DNA from: Arenicellales bacterium
Lineage (GTDB): Bacteria; Pseudomonadota; Gammaproteobacteria; BMS3Bbin11
Reading direction: 5' to 3'
DNA length: 64,000 nt
Assembly: GCA_048550195.1 (NCBI GenBank)
Contig: JBLYYR010000111.1
Span: forward strand, 10,224 to 74,223
The position numbers and the translations under genes are program-made. Below, piece by piece: positions 61,431-64,000 of the stretch. Numbering within the stretch: the stretch's first letter is position 1; every line of letters starts with the position of its first letter. The notes under the pieces were generated by a model. That model made no database searches. It was not told the DNA's origin and saw nothing but the letters and a program-made list of their open reading frames with translations.

Positions 61431-61950
61431 TTCTGATTCAACTGCGGTAAACAGTTCAGCCTGCGACCGTGCAATTTGCACTGGTGGCTGGCTGGTTCTG
61501 CTCGTTGTTATAGTAGATCAACTTAGTAAGTTTCTGGCTGAAGAGTTTCTTGTTTTCCATCAACCTGTGGCGATTATCCCATACCTGAATTTTACACTGG
61601 CCTATAATACCGGTGCAGCATTCAGTTTTCTGCACCAGGCAGGGGGATGGCAGAATACATTTTTCATTGTAGTCGCCATTCTTATGTCTGTCGTGCTGCT
61701 GATATTTTTATACAGGACACCCCGTAAGGATTTACAGTTAGCGGTTGCCCTGTGGCTGGTTCTGGGTGGGGCAATTGGGAATGTCATCGATCGTATACGA
61801 TTGCAGAAGGTGGTAGATTTCATCGATTTTTATATAGGCCAATGGCATTTTGCTACTTTTAACGTTGCGGATATGGCGATTAGTATCGGTGCATTCCTGT
61901 TGATTCTGGATGCACTTAATCTCCGTCTTATTAAATACAGGCAGAAGTAA
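61408..61950 (+). CDS. lspA: Lipoprotein signal peptidase II
   Basis: The LspA motifs NTGAAFSF and ...FNVADMAISIGA are present. The start is either the GTG at 61408 or the ATG at 61423, which overlaps the ileS stop. Confidence 0.85.
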   Translation: MRSGVMSNSDSTAVNSSACDRAICTGGWLVLLVVIVDQLSKFLAEEFLVFHQPVAIIPYLNFTLAYNTGAAFSFLHQAGGWQNTFFIVVAILMSVVLLIFLYRTPRKDLQLAVALWLVLGGAIGNVIDRIRLQKVVDFIDFYIGQWHFATFNVADMAISIGAFLLILDALNLRLIKYRQK

Positions 61951-62393
61951 TGATGACTGGCAGCACTATTAAAGCCGACAGCAAGGTGACACTAAGGTAT
62001 GCCGTGTCACTGGCAGATGGTACGGTCATTGAAGAGACGGGTGATGAGCCGGAAACTATTCAGCTTGGTCAAGGTGAGTTCATAAATGAACTGGAACAGA
62101 AGCTTTATGGCCTCAAGGCCGATGATACCGACGACATCATCATTCCTGCACTGGAGAATCTGTTTGGCGAGTATGATGAATCACGTATCAAGTACGTTGA
62201 TCACGCAGTATTTGATGATGGTGCACCAGGAGAGCAGGGAACAGTCATAGAATTTACCCTGCCAAATGATTCTACTGTACCCGGTATCATTCGCGAAGTG
62301 ACAGATGAAAATGTGCTGGTTGATTTCAACCACCCGTTATGTGGTAGGGATGTGATGTTGTCTGTTGATATAGTTTCAGTAGATAATTCATGA
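61950..62393 (+). CDS. fkpB: FKBP-type peptidyl-prolyl cis-trans isomerase (FkpB/SlpA-like)
   Basis: The protein has an FKBP fold. It sits in the conserved ileS-lspA-fkpB-ispH operon. Confidence 0.8.
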   Translation: MMTGSTIKADSKVTLRYAVSLADGTVIEETGDEPETIQLGQGEFINELEQKLYGLKADDTDDIIIPALENLFGEYDESRIKYVDHAVFDDGAPGEQGTVIEFTLPNDSTVPGIIREVTDENVLVDFNHPLCGRDVMLSVDIVSVDNS

Positions 62394-62431
62394 TTCGGCC
62401 AGCAAGAGCTGCCGATATTCGCAGGTGAAAT

Positions 62432-63352
62432 ATGGAAATATTACGAGCAAGCCCACGAGGATTTTGTGCCGGTGTTGATCGGGCGATAGAAATTGTGGAG
62501 CGTGCACTGGAACAGATTGGTGCACCTATATATGTACGGCATGAAGTCGTTCACAACCGTTTCGTAGTCAACAGACTGAAACAGGCCGGTGCTATATTTG
62601 TTGATGAACTGGAAGATGTGCCGGATAACCAAACTGTAATTTTCAGTGCGCACGGTGTGCCGCTTTCTGTCAGGGACGAAGCAGAACGACGTAAGCTCAG
62701 GATATTTGATGCAACCTGCCCTTTAGTGACAAAAGTTCACAGGCAGGTTACGCGATATCATGCGAATGGTTTCCAGTGTATTCTTATCGGCCATGCTGGT
62801 CACCCGGAAGTAGAGGGGACTATCGGTCAAATTGATACGGGAATCTATCTGGTAGAGAAGCCAGAAGATGTTGAAAAGCTGGATCTGGGAGAAATTAAAA
62901 ACCTGGCCTATGTCACGCAGACAACCCTGTCAATTGATGATACAGCGAATGTAATTGCTGCGCTTAAACGACGTTACCCACATATCCAGGGACCACGAAA
63001 AGATGATATTTGCTATGCCACGCAGAACAGGCAGGATGCAGTTAAAAGACTGGCAGAAAAGTGTGACCTGGTATTTGTTGTCGGCTCAACAAACAGCTCT
63101 AATTCGAATAGATTAAGAGAGCTGGCAGAAAAGAAAGGTGTGCGCTCTTATCTTATCGATAATGAAGACGAGATCGAACCAGAATGGCTGCAGGGGGTAA
63201 ACGTACTTGGTATAACTGCTGGAGCTTCAGCTCCTGAAGACCTGGTAGAGGGTGTTATCCGGCGTTGTCAAAAGCTGACATCAGCGACAGTCAGTGATCT
63301 TGCTGGACCAGTAGAGAATGTCACTTTTGCCCTGCCAAAATCGTTGCGATAA
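62432..63352 (+). CDS. ispH: 4-hydroxy-3-methylbut-2-enyl diphosphate reductase
   Basis: The start reads [17 protein letters not shown]. Conserved cysteines for the 4Fe-4S cluster are present. Confidence 0.9.
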   Translation: MEILRASPRGFCAGVDRAIEIVERALEQIGAPIYVRHEVVHNRFVVNRLKQAGAIFVDELEDVPDNQTVIFSAHGVPLSVRDEAERRKLRIFDATCPLVTKVHRQVTRYHANGFQCILIGHAGHPEVEGTIGQIDTGIYLVEKPEDVEKLDLGEIKNLAYVTQTTLSIDDTANVIAALKRRYPHIQGPRKDDICYATQNRQDAVKRLAEKCDLVFVVGSTNSSNSNRLRELAEKKGVRSYLIDNEDEIEPEWLQGVNVLGITAGASAPEDLVEGVIRRCQKLTSATVSDLAGPVENVTFALPKSLR

Positions 63353-63369
63353 AGGATAAAAATAACCGG

Positions 63370-64000
63370 ATGCCAGACAGAACGAATAGCCTGATAATAG
63401 GCGGTGGTATAATCGGTCTGCTAACAGCCCGTGAACTTGCAATAGCAGGTCAGTCTGTAACCATACTGGAAAAAAATACACATGCCGGGATGGAATCATC
63501 CTGGGCAGGCGGCGGCATTCTTTCTCCCCTCTACCCCTGGCGGTACCCTGATGCCGTTACTGAGCTGTCAGCAATTGGCCATAAAGACTACCCAAAGCTT
63601 GCAGCAGACCTGCTTGAATCTACCGGCATCGACCCAGAATATGTTCGTTCTGGCCATCTGATCCTGGATTTAGATGAGTTTGATCAGGCAAAGACCTGGG
63701 CTAAAACATTCAGCAGGAAAATTACCCTGGAGAGAAAATCAAAATTTCTTCAACGTGTTGGCCGTAGAGAACTTTCATTAATTGAACCAGAACTATCTGA
63801 GAATTATGCGACAGCCTTGTGGATGCCTGTGATTGGACAGATCCGAAATCCACGACTGATCAAAGCACTGACTCAAGACCTGGGCCAGAGAGGCGTTAAG
63901 ATTATTCCAGATGCAGAAGTGAAGGCAATTCATTCTAAAAATGGCAAAGTGCTATGTATTGAAACCAGTAACTCAAAGTGGTCTGCAGATGACTATCTGG
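63370..64000 (+). CDS. FAD-dependent oxidoreductase (glycine oxidase ThiO/DadA-like). Only the N-terminal part is inside the window.
   Basis: The Rossmann motif reads IIGGGIIGLLTARELAIAGQSVTILEK. The ORF runs off the right edge. Confidence 0.55.
   Translation, partial: MPDRTNSLIIGGGIIGLLTARELAIAGQSVTILEKNTHAGMESSWAGGGILSPLYPWRYPDAVTELSAIGHKDYPKLAADLLESTGIDPEYVRSGHLILDLDEFDQAKTWAKTFSRKITLERKSKFLQRVGRRELSLIEPELSENYATALWMPVIGQIRNPRLIKALTQDLGQRGVKIIPDAEVKAIHSKNGKVLCIETSNSKWSADDYL

Overview
This window reads as a gammaproteobacterial chromosome segment of roughly 45-50% GC that is almost fully coding. The layout is as follows. (i) 1-9000: a truncated amidohydrolase gene, a tRNA-Arg(CCU), and a polysaccharide locus of three GT2 glycosyltransferases (one an 882-aa tandem double-GT2) plus a Wzm/Wzt ABC exporter. 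(ii) 9150-14900: ampD, a translationally coupled unknown ORF plus an outer-membrane beta-barrel, a SulP/STAS permease, a DUF350 plus lytic-transglycosylase pair and a DUF3530-like hydrolase. (iii) 15000-19450: a vitamin B12 salvage module of btuF, a PduO-type adenosyltransferase, tonB and btuB, led by a clear cobalamin riboswitch. (iv) 19500-24000: a poorly characterised accessory stretch with two convergent unknown proteins, an LPG-synthase-TM-like membrane protein, a membrane-anchored TolB-like propeller and a YpfJ-type zinc peptidase. (v) 24000-43100: a deeply conserved housekeeping block of lysR, leuCDB, asd, fimV, an extra membrane ORF, truA, trpF, trpBA, accD, folC, a SPOR protein, cvpA, purF and metZ. 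(vi) 43100-44460: an unusual single polypeptide joining a Rel/SpoT-type (p)ppGpp-hydrolase HD domain, a CBS pair and a C-terminal HEPN-like Rx4H module; this is my best candidate for an undescribed system. (vii) 44500-64000: hemN, a 250-bp block of nested inverted repeats, lpxH, ppiB, cysS, an Omp85-like barrel, ilvIH-ilvC, psd, rlmI, a sirB2-like gene, ribF, the ileS-lspA-fkpB-ispH operon and a partial thiO-like gene. A roughly 110-bp dispersed repeat with a palindromic core occurs twice, upstream of the zinc peptidase and upstream of ileS. I found no CRISPR array, no rRNA, and no recognisable integrase or transposase. All calls rest on reading motifs in the supplied translations. No database search was possible, so family names are recognition-based.
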